In this document: positions 10,433 to 19,452 of the stretch, piece by piece
How positions within the stretch are numbered: the first letter of the stretch is position 1
Layout: each line of letters begins with the position of its first letter
Origin: an uncultured Pseudomonadota bacterium
Lineage (GTDB): Bacteria; Pseudomonadota; Alphaproteobacteria; Rhizobiales; Xanthobacteraceae
Direction of reading: 5' to 3'
DNA: 64,000 bases
NCBI GenBank assembly: GCA_963814065.1
Contig: CAWFBL010000001.1
Span: 193,663-257,662, forward strand
Made by a program: the position numbers and the translations under genes
The notes under the pieces: model-generated
Told to the model about the DNA's origin: nothing
The model's database searches: none
The model's input: only the letters and a program-made list of their open reading frames with translations

Positions 10433-11040
10433 TGTTCGACAGCCTCAAATCGATCGTCGGCGGCTTGAACATCTTCGACCTGCGCGCGCCGGCGCAGTTT
10501 CGCTTCTATTCGATCCACGGATTTGCCATCTATCTTCTGAGCTACGCCCTGGTCGTGATTTACGACACGCTGTTCACCGACAAATGCATCAACGCCGTCG
10601 CCTCCGGCTGGCAGGACATCGCCAAGCAGTGCGGACTGAGCGCGGGCGCCATCGTCTTTCCCTTCTTCTACATGCTCGGCGCTTATGTCGTGATCAGCCT
10701 GTTCAAACGGACGGATTGGTCGGCGGACGCCGTCTTCAACAACTTGAGCCTGTTGATCGTGATCGAGGCGCTCGTGACGGGGCTCGTCTACCAGTTCGGT
10801 CTGGTGCGGGCGGTCCAGGGCTGCCCGCTCTGTTACTTCATCGCGCTCGGCGTGCTTGCCGTCGCGGCGCTCGGCGCAATCTCGGTGCTGGCGGAGCGCC
10901 ACGCGCGGCCGCCGCAGTGGACGCTCGCGATGGGCTTGCGCGCCTCGCCCGGCATTGTGCGTTTGACGGCGATCTATGTCGTGCTCAGCATGCTCTTTTT
11001 TATCGTGCCGTACGCGGTCAAGTTTGGCCTGACGCCCTAG
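10432..11040 (+). CDS. Hypothetical 5-TM membrane protein with a loop Cys pair and an intramembrane CxxC (VKOR/DsbB-like arrangement)
   Basis: 202 aa with about five hydrophobic segments. Cys52 and Cys67 lie in the loop after TM1 ([19 protein letters not shown]). The CPLC motif (Cys131/134) sits at the start of the fourth hydrophobic segment. The start shares one nt with the upstream stop. The family assignment is inference only. Confidence 0.6.
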   Translation: MFDSLKSIVGGLNIFDLRAPAQFRFYSIHGFAIYLLSYALVVIYDTLFTDKCINAVASGWQDIAKQCGLSAGAIVFPFFYMLGAYVVISLFKRTDWSADAVFNNLSLLIVIEALVTGLVYQFGLVRAVQGCPLCYFIALGVLAVAALGAISVLAERHARPPQWTLAMGLRASPGIVRLTAIYVVLSMLFFIVPYAVKFGLTP

Positions 11041-12023
11041 TCGCTCGCCAGCACCACCGCGCAGGTGGTGACGATGTCGTTTTCGCTGGCGCCGCGCGAC
11101 AGATCGCTGATCGGCTTGGCGAAGCCCTGCAGGAACGGCCCGATGGCGGTGGCGCCGCCCAGCCATTGCGTCAGCTTGTAGCCGATATTGCCGGAATCGA
11201 GATCGGGGAAGATCAGCACATTGGCTTGGCCAGCGACCGCGCTCGGCTCCTTCACCTTCTTAGCGGCGACGTCGGGCACCAGCGCGGCATCGGCCTGGAA
11301 CTCGCCGTCGGCGGCAAGCGACGGCTCGCGCTCGTGCACCAGCGCCAGTGCTTGGCGCACCTTGTCGATGTGCGCGTGTTGCGCGCTGCCCTTGGTCGAG
11401 AACGACAGCATGGCGACGCGCGGGCTTTCGCCGAGCAGCGCTTGGGCGCTGCGCGCCGAGGCAATGGCGATGTCGGCCAGTTCGCCGGCGTCCGGGTCGG
11501 CATTGACCGCGCAATCGGCGAACACGAAGGAGCGTGCACCGGCCCCAAGGAAATTCGGCACCACCATGAGAAAATAGCTCGACGGCAGGCCGACCTTCTC
11601 GGCCAGGCCCACGGTCATCAAGCCGGCTTCGATCACCCGCCGGGTCGGATTGGCGGCGCCCGCGACCATGGCGTCGGCGTCGCCCTGGCGCAGCATCATG
11701 CCACCGAAATAGAGCGGCTTGCTGACAAGCCGCGTCGCCATCGCCGGCGTCATGGAATCGCGCGTTGCCGCAAGTGCGGCGCCGTAGGTGTGCAGCCGTG
11801 CGTCCTTGCGCGCATCGACGAGTTCAATCCCATCAAGCGAGACGTTGAGGGTCTTGGCGGCTTCATGAATGACGTTCGTCTCGCCGATCAGAATGGGCTG
11901 CGCGATTTTCTCATGTGAAAGGCGAGCCGCGGCCGCAACAATGCGCGCGTCCTCGCCTTCCGGCAAAACGACTTTGCGATGGCGACGACGTGCGATATCA
12001 AACAACCTATCAAGTAAGTCCAT
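11037..12023 (-). CDS. pta: Phosphate acetyltransferase (short Pta/PTA_PTB family)
   Basis: N-terminus [24 protein letters not shown] and C-terminal SRGAS..DIV are typical of phosphotransacetylase. 328 aa is the normal size for the short form. Convergent 4-nt overlap with the upstream CDS. Confidence 0.85.
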   Translation of the reverse strand: MDLLDRLFDIARRRHRKVVLPEGEDARIVAAAARLSHEKIAQPILIGETNVIHEAAKTLNVSLDGIELVDARKDARLHTYGAALAATRDSMTPAMATRLVSKPLYFGGMMLRQGDADAMVAGAANPTRRVIEAGLMTVGLAEKVGLPSSYFLMVVPNFLGAGARSFVFADCAVNADPDAGELADIAIASARSAQALLGESPRVAMLSFSTKGSAQHAHIDKVRQALALVHEREPSLAADGEFQADAALVPDVAAKKVKEPSAVAGQANVLIFPDLDSGNIGYKLTQWLGGATAIGPFLQGFAKPISDLSRGASENDIVTTCAVVLASD

Positions 12024-12026
12024 TCA

Positions 12027-12041
12027 TCTCACCACGTGAGA
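12027..12041. promoter_or_regulatory. Palindrome TCTCA-CCACG-TGAGA in the 44-bp pta / citrate-synthase divergent intergenic region (candidate operator)
   Basis: Perfect 5-bp inverted arms with a 5-nt spacer, 4 nt upstream of the pta start codon. The same half-sites and spacing recur at 13335..13349. Confidence 0.45.
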
Positions 12042-12067
12042 AAACGCCGACCGAGACGAGGCCATCA

Positions 12068-13210
12068 ATGACCGAAACCGCCGAAGCGATCAAGATTCAA
12101 CGCGGGCTGAGAGGCGTCTATTTCGACCGTTCGCCGTGCACTTTTATCGACGGCAAGGCCGGCGATCTGCGCTACCGCGGCTATTCGATTCACGATCTCG
12201 CCGAGAAATCGAGCTTCGAGGAAGCCGCCTATCTGCTGCTGCACGACGATCTGCCGAATGCGCAGCAGCTTGCCACGTTCGATGCCGAGCTCAAGGCCGC
12301 GCGCAAGCTGCCGCAGCCGATTTACGACATCATTCGCGCGACCAAGTCGGCGCATCCGATGGACGTGTTGCGCACGGCGGTGTCGGCGCTTGCCGCCTTC
12401 GATCCCGAGACCGCGGACAATTCGCACGAGGCCACCTTGCGCAAGGGTGTGCGGCTTTCTTCGCAGGTACCCATGATCGTCGCCGCGCATTCGCGCATCC
12501 GCGACGGGCTCGAGCCGGTGACGCCCGACAATTCGCTCGGCCACGCCGGCAATCTGTTGTGGATGCTGCGCGGCGAGAAACCGAGTGCCGACGCCACCGA
12601 ATTGATCGACCGCGATCTCATCCTGCACGCCGAGCACGGCTCTAATGCATCCTCCTTCGCCGCGCGCGTTGTGATCGGCACCGACGCCAATCTGCATGCC
12701 GCGATCACCGCCGCCATCGCGGCGCTGTCGGGGCCCGCCCATGGCGGCGCCGCCGAGGACGTCATGAAGATGGCGGAGGAGATCGGCGATCCCGCCCGCG
12801 CCGCCGACTACGTGAAAGAGCAGCGCAAGGCCGGCGTTCCCATCACCGGCTTCGGCCATCGCGTCTATCGCGCCGAGGATCCGCGCGCGCGCCACATGCG
12901 TGCCGGCGTCGAGCGGTTGTCGAAGGAGATGGGACAGCCGAAGTGGTACGAGATCCTGCAGGCGGTTGTGCAGGCGATGGCGCCTTACGCGCGCCACGGC
13001 GTCAACGTGAACGTCGATTTCTATTCCGGCGTCGTCTACCACCTGCTCGGCGTCAAGCGTGACCTGTTCGTGCCGCTGTTTGCCATCGGCCGGGTGCCGG
13101 GCTGGGTGGTGCAGGTGCTCGAGCAGCTCGACAACAACATCCTGATCCGGCCGCTCACCCTCTACAACGGCCCGGAGCTGCGCACCTACCGGCCGATCGC
13201 CGAGCGCTAG
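12068..13210 (+). CDS. Citrate synthase family protein (small type, citrate/2-methylcitrate synthase-like)
   Basis: Catalytic motifs LILHAEHGSNASSF, GFGHRVYRAEDPRA and NVDFYSG. 380 aa counted from the ATG at 12068 (MTETAEAIK...). The longer ORF start at 11915 would overlap pta. Confidence 0.85.
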   Translation: MTETAEAIKIQRGLRGVYFDRSPCTFIDGKAGDLRYRGYSIHDLAEKSSFEEAAYLLLHDDLPNAQQLATFDAELKAARKLPQPIYDIIRATKSAHPMDVLRTAVSALAAFDPETADNSHEATLRKGVRLSSQVPMIVAAHSRIRDGLEPVTPDNSLGHAGNLLWMLRGEKPSADATELIDRDLILHAEHGSNASSFAARVVIGTDANLHAAITAAIAALSGPAHGGAAEDVMKMAEEIGDPARAADYVKEQRKAGVPITGFGHRVYRAEDPRARHMRAGVERLSKEMGQPKWYEILQAVVQAMAPYARHGVNVNVDFYSGVVYHLLGVKRDLFVPLFAIGRVPGWVVQVLEQLDNNILIRPLTLYNGPELRTYRPIAER

Positions 13211-13231
13211 CGCGTGATCCCGAAAATACCT

Positions 13232-13252
13232 GTCCCCGACCTGATCGGGGAC
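13232..13252 (+). terminator. Stem-loop after the citrate-synthase-like gene
   Basis: GTCCCCG-acctgat-CGGGGAC, a 7-bp perfect stem 22 nt after the stop. There is no clear U-tract, so it may be a REP-like hairpin rather than an intrinsic terminator. Confidence 0.4.
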
Positions 13253-13334
13253 GGGGCCGGCTTTCGATGCGCAGACAGGGTGTTGGGAGCAGCCAGCGCT
13301 TCGATTTGATCGGAGCAGAAAATTTCCTATCAAA

Positions 13335-13349
13335 TCTCACTAAATGAGA
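13335..13349. promoter_or_regulatory. Palindrome TCTCA-CTAAA-TGAGA upstream of tctC (candidate operator)
   Basis: Perfect 5-bp arms with a 5-nt spacer, in the A/T-richer 269-bp intergenic region about 130 nt upstream of the tctC ATG. Same architecture as 12027..12041. An extra TGAGAC half-site lies at 13426..13431. Confidence 0.45.
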
Positions 13350-13479
13350 CGTTGGGTCGCAAAATCTGATTGCGGCCTCGGGGTACTTTTGCTTATCATC
13401 AAGGTAAGAAAAATAGTCCCATTCTGTGAGACTTTAGCGATCGGCAACAAAGCCGACGCGATGAGGGAGGAGATATAAA

Positions 13480-14448
13480 ATGACGATCATGCGCAGGCTC
13501 ACTGTTTTCGGCGTTGCGCTCTCGATGGGTTTATCCGTCGGGGCGATGTCGGCGCAGGCCGCTTATCCGGACCATCCGATTAACTTCATCGTGCCGTGGG
13601 GCGCCGGCGGCGGCGCCGACGTGCTGGCGCGTACCTCCGGCAAGATCATGTCGCAGGACCTCGGCGTCTCCGTGCCGGTGATCAACGTTCCAGGCGCGAC
13701 CGGCATGACCGGGATGACGAAGCTTCTGACGTCGCCAGCCGACGGCTATTCCATGGCCGTGCTGATCGGCGACACCTACGCGCTGCTGGCCGGCGCGCAC
13801 CCGGCGTTCAGCGCCGACAAGGTGATCCCACTCGCGATCATGATTCAGCAGCCCTCGGGCCTGTGGGTGAATGCCAAGCGGCCGTGGAAGACTTGGCAGG
13901 AATTTGCCGCGGCGGCGAAGAAAAAGACAATGAAGGTCGCCGAGCTCGGATTCGGGAGCGCCGACGACATCACCGTGAGCTATCTGAAGACCAAGGGCCT
14001 CAAGCTCGAGGGTATCCCCTACGCCAAGCCCGGCCTGCGCTACACTTCGATTCTCGGCAATAACGCCGACGCGCTTTACGAGCAGACAGGCGACGTGCGC
14101 AGCTACTTCGACGGCGGCAAGATTCGGCCGCTCATCTTCTTCTATCCGCACCGGCTCAAGTTGCCGCAATTCAAGAACGTCCCGGCCGGCCCGGAGTTCG
14201 GCATTGACGTCACGCTGCCGCAGTTCCGCGCCATCGTGGTCAAGGCCGGTACCGATCCGAAGATCGTCAAGCGGTTATCCGATGAGCTCGGCAAGGTGGC
14301 GCACACCTCGGAATTCAAGGCCTATCTCGACAAGCAATATGCCGACCCTGACAGCTACGTGTCCGCGGACGATGCGCGAAAGTTCATGGATTCGTGGCTG
14401 CAGCAGGCCAAGAAGTTCCGCAAAGAGACCAAGATGGGCGCCAAGTGA
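13480..14448 (+). CDS. tctC: Tripartite tricarboxylate transporter (TTT) substrate-binding protein, TctC/Bug family
   Basis: Signal peptide followed by AAYPDHPINFIVPWGAGGGADVLAR...VINVPGATGM, a typical Bug/TctC N-terminus. 322 aa. Strong SD GGGAGGAG upstream. Confidence 0.9.
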   Translation: MTIMRRLTVFGVALSMGLSVGAMSAQAAYPDHPINFIVPWGAGGGADVLARTSGKIMSQDLGVSVPVINVPGATGMTGMTKLLTSPADGYSMAVLIGDTYALLAGAHPAFSADKVIPLAIMIQQPSGLWVNAKRPWKTWQEFAAAAKKKTMKVAELGFGSADDITVSYLKTKGLKLEGIPYAKPGLRYTSILGNNADALYEQTGDVRSYFDGGKIRPLIFFYPHRLKLPQFKNVPAGPEFGIDVTLPQFRAIVVKAGTDPKIVKRLSDELGKVAHTSEFKAYLDKQYADPDSYVSADDARKFMDSWLQQAKKFRKETKMGAK

Positions 14449-15008
14449 CGCCGGGCTCGACCATATCGCCGGTTCGCCGGCTGCAGGCAGCGCTTCCTTA
14501 CGTGGTGGTGTTTGCGGTCGGCATCTTCCTCTTCTACGTGGCCGGCCAATTCGACTTCGAGCAGGTGTCGGGGCGTATTGGTCCCGGCGCTTGGCCGCAA
14601 CTGATCCTGGTCCTCATGTTGGCGACCGCGCTTTGGGGCATCGTCTCCAGCGCCATCAAGGCCGGTCAGCCGGAGGTGATCGACCAAACCGAGGCTGAGG
14701 ACGCCGAGGAGTTTGTGCGGCCGCCAGAGATTTATCCTTGGATGGTGTGGCTCGCGGTGGTGACCACCGTCGTCTACCTCGTGCTGCTGCCAATCTTCGG
14801 CTTCTTCCTGTCGACGATCGTTTACAGTGCCGCGCTCATGTATCTCGGTCACTTCCGCCGGCCGCTGGTGGTCGCGGGCATGAGCGTCGCAATCGCTTTT
14901 GGCTTCATGTTCGTCTTCATGCGTGTCGTCTACGTCGCGCTGCCGCTCGGCGTGCCACCTTTCGAGCAAATCTCATACGGGCTCATGGCTGCCATGGGCG
15001 TGCACTGA
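14445..15008 (+). CDS. tctB: TTT small membrane subunit, TctB family
   Basis: Small 4-TM hydrophobic protein between tctC and tctA. I chose the GTG at 14445 because it overlaps the tctC stop (GTGA). The literal ORF start at 14394 would overlap tctC by 55 nt. Confidence 0.7.
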   Translation: MTPGSTISPVRRLQAALPYVVVFAVGIFLFYVAGQFDFEQVSGRIGPGAWPQLILVLMLATALWGIVSSAIKAGQPEVIDQTEAEDAEEFVRPPEIYPWMVWLAVVTTVVYLVLLPIFGFFLSTIVYSAALMYLGHFRRPLVVAGMSVAIAFGFMFVFMRVVYVALPLGVPPFEQISYGLMAAMGVH

Positions 15009-15018
15009 GGGCGATGTT

Positions 15019-16551
15019 GTGATCCTGACCAACCTGGCTCACGGCTTCCTGCAGGTCTTCCAGCCTTTCGACCTGCTCATGCTATTCGTTGGCTTGGTGG
15101 TCGGCATGGCGGTGTCCATCATGCCGGGCCTCGGTCTGGTGATGGGCGTCGTGCTCGCCTTGCCCTTCACCTACAAGATGCAGATTGAGCCGTCGGTCAT
15201 CCTGCTGACGGCCATCTATTTCTCCGGCACCTATGCCGGCTGCTTCACGGCCATCCTCTACCGAATTCCCGGAGAGCCGATGGACGTACCGATGCTGTGG
15301 GACGGCTATACCATGGCGTCACGGGGCCAGCCGGCAAAGGCGCTCGGCTGGGCGCTGGTCGCCGCCCTCATCGGCGGCCTGGTCTCGTCCGCCGTCATGG
15401 TACTGCTCGCCGATCCGATGAGCGAGCTGGCGCTCAAATTCGACTCTCCCGATTATTTCGCGGCGGTGTTTTTCGGCCTTACCACGGTGGTGGCGCTGGC
15501 CGGCAAATCGATGGTCAATTCGTTGATCAGCCTTTGCGTCGGCCTGCTGGTCGCTACCGTCGGCATCGACAGCATCTACGGCACGCCGCGCTTCACCTTC
15601 GGAGTGCCGATCCTGCAGGACGGTGTTCAACTGGTCGAGGTGCTGGTCGGCATGTACGGTCTCGGCGAGGTGCTGTCGCGCATCGGCGAAGGCCTGCGGG
15701 TCAGCCAACTGGAAGGCGCGTCGAAGAAGGTGTCGACGCAGTTTCCCAGACTGCGTGAGCTCCTTGCGATCAAGAGCACGCTGTTTCGCAGCACGATCCT
15801 CGGGACGCTGCTCGGCATTGTGCCGGGCGCCGGTGCCACGATCACGGCCTTCATCTCCTACGGCGTCGAGAAACAATACGGCAAGCGTCGGCAACAGTTG
15901 GGTACCGGCTTGCCGGAAGGCATCGTGGCGCCACAGATCGGCGCCACCGCGTCGGTCGCCGGCCACATGATTCCGCTGCTCACGCTCGGGCTGCCCGGCA
16001 GCGGCGCGACGGCGGTGATCCTCGCCGCGTTCCTGCTGCACGGCGTGCAGCCGGGGCCGATGTTGCTGGAGGACCCGTCTTCGACGCTCCTGGTCTATTC
16101 CATTCTCGCCTCGATGTTCGTGAGCGTCATCGGCATGTGCATCCTCGGCTTCTTCTGGATCCGGGTGGTGATCAAGGTGCTGACTATCCCCCAGGGCCTG
16201 CTTTCGGCGATCGTGGTGATGTTCTGCCTGGTCGGTGCCTACGCCAACCGCAACAATATGTCCGACGTCTGGATGATCGTGATCTTCGGCGTGCTCGGAT
16301 ATCTCTTCGAAAAGTTTCGTTTCCCGATCTCGCCGATGGTGCTGGGCGCGATCCTCGGTCCCACCGGGGAGACCGCCTTCATGCGCAGCATGATCAGCGC
16401 CAACAACGACTGGACCGTCTTCTTCCGCGGCCCCATCAGCGGCACGCTGATGGTCGCTTCTTTGATTGCGCTCAGCTATCCCCTGCTGCGCGGGGTTTGG
16501 AATGCTAGGAGTCGTGGACAGGTCGTCGCCACGGCGGGCAACCGACAATGA
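15019..16551 (+). CDS. tctA: TTT large membrane subunit, TctA family
   Basis: About 510-aa polytopic protein with a TctA-like N-terminus (ILTNLAHGFLQVF..) and GLPGSGATAVILAAFL. I chose the GTG at 15019, just after the tctB stop. Confidence 0.88.
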   Translation: MILTNLAHGFLQVFQPFDLLMLFVGLVVGMAVSIMPGLGLVMGVVLALPFTYKMQIEPSVILLTAIYFSGTYAGCFTAILYRIPGEPMDVPMLWDGYTMASRGQPAKALGWALVAALIGGLVSSAVMVLLADPMSELALKFDSPDYFAAVFFGLTTVVALAGKSMVNSLISLCVGLLVATVGIDSIYGTPRFTFGVPILQDGVQLVEVLVGMYGLGEVLSRIGEGLRVSQLEGASKKVSTQFPRLRELLAIKSTLFRSTILGTLLGIVPGAGATITAFISYGVEKQYGKRRQQLGTGLPEGIVAPQIGATASVAGHMIPLLTLGLPGSGATAVILAAFLLHGVQPGPMLLEDPSSTLLVYSILASMFVSVIGMCILGFFWIRVVIKVLTIPQGLLSAIVVMFCLVGAYANRNNMSDVWMIVIFGVLGYLFEKFRFPISPMVLGAILGPTGETAFMRSMISANNDWTVFFRGPISGTLMVASLIALSYPLLRGVWNARSRGQVVATAGNRQ

Positions 16552-16562
16552 ACGGGTAGATC

Positions 16563-17450
16563 ATGCGCACCAACATCGACCTCGAACCGAAGTCCGTTGA
16601 CGCGGGAGGCATCCCGACCGCGACGCCGCGTTTGGCGCGACGTGAACGCCAAGCGGGTGGCCGCTCCTCCGGTCCGAGAGCGCCGCGCCCCAAGAAGCTC
16701 GGTGCCACGGCGCGCTCCTTCGCCATCCTCGAACACGTCGCGGCATCGTCCGCGCCGGTGGACGTGATCGACATCATCGACAATCTGAAGCTGCCGAAGG
16801 CGACCGCCTACCGGCTGGTCGATTGGTTCGTCATTCACGGCTATCTTTCGCGCGAGCCCGGTCGCAAGCGGCTGATCGTCGGGCCCAAGCTCGCCAATCT
16901 GGCCTTCGGCGCGCTGTCGTGCTCGATGCGCTACGACGCGCCTCATATGGTGCTGCAGCGCCTGGTGCGTGGCCTCAACGAGACCTGCAACATCGGCACG
17001 CTGCTCAACGGCGAGGTGGTCTATCTCGACCGCGTGGAAGCCGACGACTGGCCATTGCGGCTGCATTACACGACCGGCTCGCGCGTGCCGCTGCATTGCA
17101 GCGCGATCGGCAAGCTGTTCCTGTCGCTGGCGCCGGCGCCGCGCCGCCAGCGGCTGTTGCAGAGCCTGGAGCTGGCGCGCTTCACCGAACACACCATCAC
17201 CGAACGCGGGCAGCTCGAGGCCGAGCTGCGGCAGGTCCGCAAGGACCAGGTGGCGTTCGACCGCGAGGAATATCTGATCGGTGTCGTCTGCGCCGCGGTG
17301 CCGGTAATCGGTCGCAACGGCAGCATTCTGGCCGCGCTCGCGGTGCAGGCGCCGGAAGCGCGCATGAACGTCGAGGCCGCGACCGGCTATCTGCCGATCC
17401 TGCGCCGCGCCGCCGGCGAGCTCGCCGAGATCTTCGAGGCGAAAGCCTGA
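16563..17450 (+). CDS. IclR family transcriptional regulator
   Basis: HTH region SFAILEHVAASSAPVDVIDIIDNLKLPKATAYRLVDWF, followed by an IclR effector-domain-like C-terminus (LHCSAIGKLFL, EEYLIGVVCAAVPV). The N-terminal 40 aa are Arg/Pro-rich, so the true start is uncertain. Confidence 0.8.
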   Translation: MRTNIDLEPKSVDAGGIPTATPRLARRERQAGGRSSGPRAPRPKKLGATARSFAILEHVAASSAPVDVIDIIDNLKLPKATAYRLVDWFVIHGYLSREPGRKRLIVGPKLANLAFGALSCSMRYDAPHMVLQRLVRGLNETCNIGTLLNGEVVYLDRVEADDWPLRLHYTTGSRVPLHCSAIGKLFLSLAPAPRRQRLLQSLELARFTEHTITERGQLEAELRQVRKDQVAFDREEYLIGVVCAAVPVIGRNGSILAALAVQAPEARMNVEAATGYLPILRRAAGELAEIFEAKA

Positions 17451-17518
17451 CCGCCGCAATTGGGGGCGAAAAGATTCCGATGACAGTCAAGTTGGGTATT
17501 TAAAAAGGAACTACCTCG

Positions 17519-19294
17519 ATGAAGATGACGACTGAAGAAGCCTTCGTGAAGGTGTTGCAGATGCACGGCATCGAGCATGCCTTCGGCATCATTGGATCGG
17601 CTTTCATGCCGATCTCCGATCTTTTCCCCGCGGCTGGCATCACCTTCTGGGACGTGGCGCATGAATGCAACGGCGCGCTGATCTGCGACGGCTACACCCG
17701 TTCGACCGGCAAGATGGCGATGGCGATCGCGCAGAACGGTCCAGGCATCACCAATTTCGTCACGCCGATCAAGACCGCCTACTGGAACCATACGCCGATG
17801 CTGCTGGTGACGCCGCAGGCCGCCAACAAGACCATGGGGCAGGGCGGCTTCCAGGAAGTCGAGCAGATGGCGCTGTTCCGCGACATGGTCTGCTACCAGG
17901 AAGAAGTGCGCGATCCGTCGCGCGTGGCTGAAGTGCTCAACCGCGTCATCAGCAAGGCCAAGCGCCTGTCGGCGCCGGCGCAGATCAACATCCCGCGCGA
18001 TTTCTGGACGCAGGTGATCGACATCAACTTGCCGCAGATCATCGAGTTCGAGCTGCCGTCCGGCGGCGCCCATGCCATCTCGGAAGCGGCCAAGCTGCTG
18101 TCGTCGGCCAAGTTCCCGGTGATCCTGTCGGGCGCCGGCGTCGTCATCGGCAACGCTATTCCCGAATGCGTGGCGCTCGCCGAAAAGCTCGACGCGCCGG
18201 TCTGCAACAATTACCAGCACAACGACAGCTTCCCCGGCAGCCACCCGCTCGCGGTTGGGCCGCTCGGCTACAACGGCTCCAAGGCCGGCATGGAGCTGGT
18301 CGCCAAGGCCGACGTGGTGCTGGCGTTGGGCACCCGGCTCAATCCGTTCTCGACCTTGCCGGGCTACGGCATCGACTACTGGCCGAAGGACGCCAAGATC
18401 ATCCAGGTCGACATCAATGCCGACCGCATCGGCCTGACCAAGCCGGTCACCGTCGGCATCTGCGGCGATGCCAAGCTGGTGGCGAAAGCCATCCTCGAGC
18501 AGCTCGCGCCGACCGCCGGCGATGCCGGCCGCGCCGACCGCAAGGCGCTCATCCACCAGACCAACTCGCGCTGGCTGCAGGCGCTGTCCAGCATGGACCA
18601 CGAGGACGACGACCCGGGCACCACCTGGAACGCGGATGCCCGCAAGCGCGACGCCGACCGCATGTCGCCGCGCCAGGCCTGGCGCGCCATCCAGGCCGGC
18701 CTGCCCAAGGACGCCATCATCACCAGCGACATCGGCAACAACTGCGCCATCGGCAACGCCTATCCGATGTTCGACGAGGGCCGGAAATATCTGGCGCCCG
18801 GCCTGTTCGGGCCGTGCGGCTACGGCTTCCCGGCGATCATCGGCGCCAAGATCGGCAATCCCGATACGCCTTGCGTCGGCTTTGCCGGCGACGGCGCCTT
18901 CGGCATCTCCATGAATGAGATGAGCTCGGTCGGGCGCGAGGAATGGCCCGGCGTGACCATGGTGATCTTCCGCAACTACCAATGGGGCGCCGAGAAGCGC
19001 AATTCGATCCTCTGGTACGACAACAACTTCGTCGGCACCGAGCTCGATCCGCATCTCAGTTATGCCAAGGTGGCGGTGGCCTGCGGGCTGAAAGGCGTGC
19101 AGGTGAAGACGCAGGCCGAGCTGACGGAGGCGCTGCGCCAGTCCTGCGAGGACCAGAAGAAGCGCATCACCACCTTCATCGAGGTGCTGCTGAACCAGGA
19201 ACTGGGCGAGCCCTTCCGCCGCGACGCCATGAAGAAGCCGAACGTGGTCGCCGGTATCAAGCGCGAGGACATGCGGCCGCAGAAGGTCGCTTGA
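17519..19294 (+). CDS. xsc: Sulfoacetaldehyde acetyltransferase (ThDP enzyme, EC 2.3.3.15)
   Basis: 591 aa. The N-terminus MKMTTEEAFVKVLQMHGIEHAFGIIGSAFMPISD...IAQNGPGITNFVTPIKTAYWNHTPMLLVTPQA..GQGGFQEVEQMALFRDMVCYQEEVRDPSR matches my memory of characterised Xsc proteins closely. The ThDP motif GDGAFG..N is present. pta lies in the same locus. Confidence 0.85.
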   Translation: MKMTTEEAFVKVLQMHGIEHAFGIIGSAFMPISDLFPAAGITFWDVAHECNGALICDGYTRSTGKMAMAIAQNGPGITNFVTPIKTAYWNHTPMLLVTPQAANKTMGQGGFQEVEQMALFRDMVCYQEEVRDPSRVAEVLNRVISKAKRLSAPAQINIPRDFWTQVIDINLPQIIEFELPSGGAHAISEAAKLLSSAKFPVILSGAGVVIGNAIPECVALAEKLDAPVCNNYQHNDSFPGSHPLAVGPLGYNGSKAGMELVAKADVVLALGTRLNPFSTLPGYGIDYWPKDAKIIQVDINADRIGLTKPVTVGICGDAKLVAKAILEQLAPTAGDAGRADRKALIHQTNSRWLQALSSMDHEDDDPGTTWNADARKRDADRMSPRQAWRAIQAGLPKDAIITSDIGNNCAIGNAYPMFDEGRKYLAPGLFGPCGYGFPAIIGAKIGNPDTPCVGFAGDGAFGISMNEMSSVGREEWPGVTMVIFRNYQWGAEKRNSILWYDNNFVGTELDPHLSYAKVAVACGLKGVQVKTQAELTEALRQSCEDQKKRITTFIEVLLNQELGEPFRRDAMKKPNVVAGIKREDMRPQKVA

Positions 19295-19329
19295 GGAACG
19301 CGTGTTGTTTGAACAACGCCACATACCAT

Positions 19330-19425
19330 CCGTTCGTCCCCGCGAAAGCGGGGACCCAGCGCTAGAAACGCCAAGGTCCGAGTGCGTGGTGCTGGATTCC
19401 CGCTTGCGCGGGAATGAGCGGAGTG
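19330..19425. repeat. Bipartite REP-like element (hairpin GTCCCCGCGAAAGCGGGGAC plus hairpin ATTCCCGCTTGCGCGGGAAT)
   Basis: Two perfect GC-rich hairpins at 19336-19355 and 19396-19415, between xsc and the ALDH gene. The same composite occurs in the opposite orientation at 42655-42745 and 50622-50715. Confidence 0.8.
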
Positions 19426-19452
19426 CGGTGAGCTTGATGGAGTGAAAGAACG

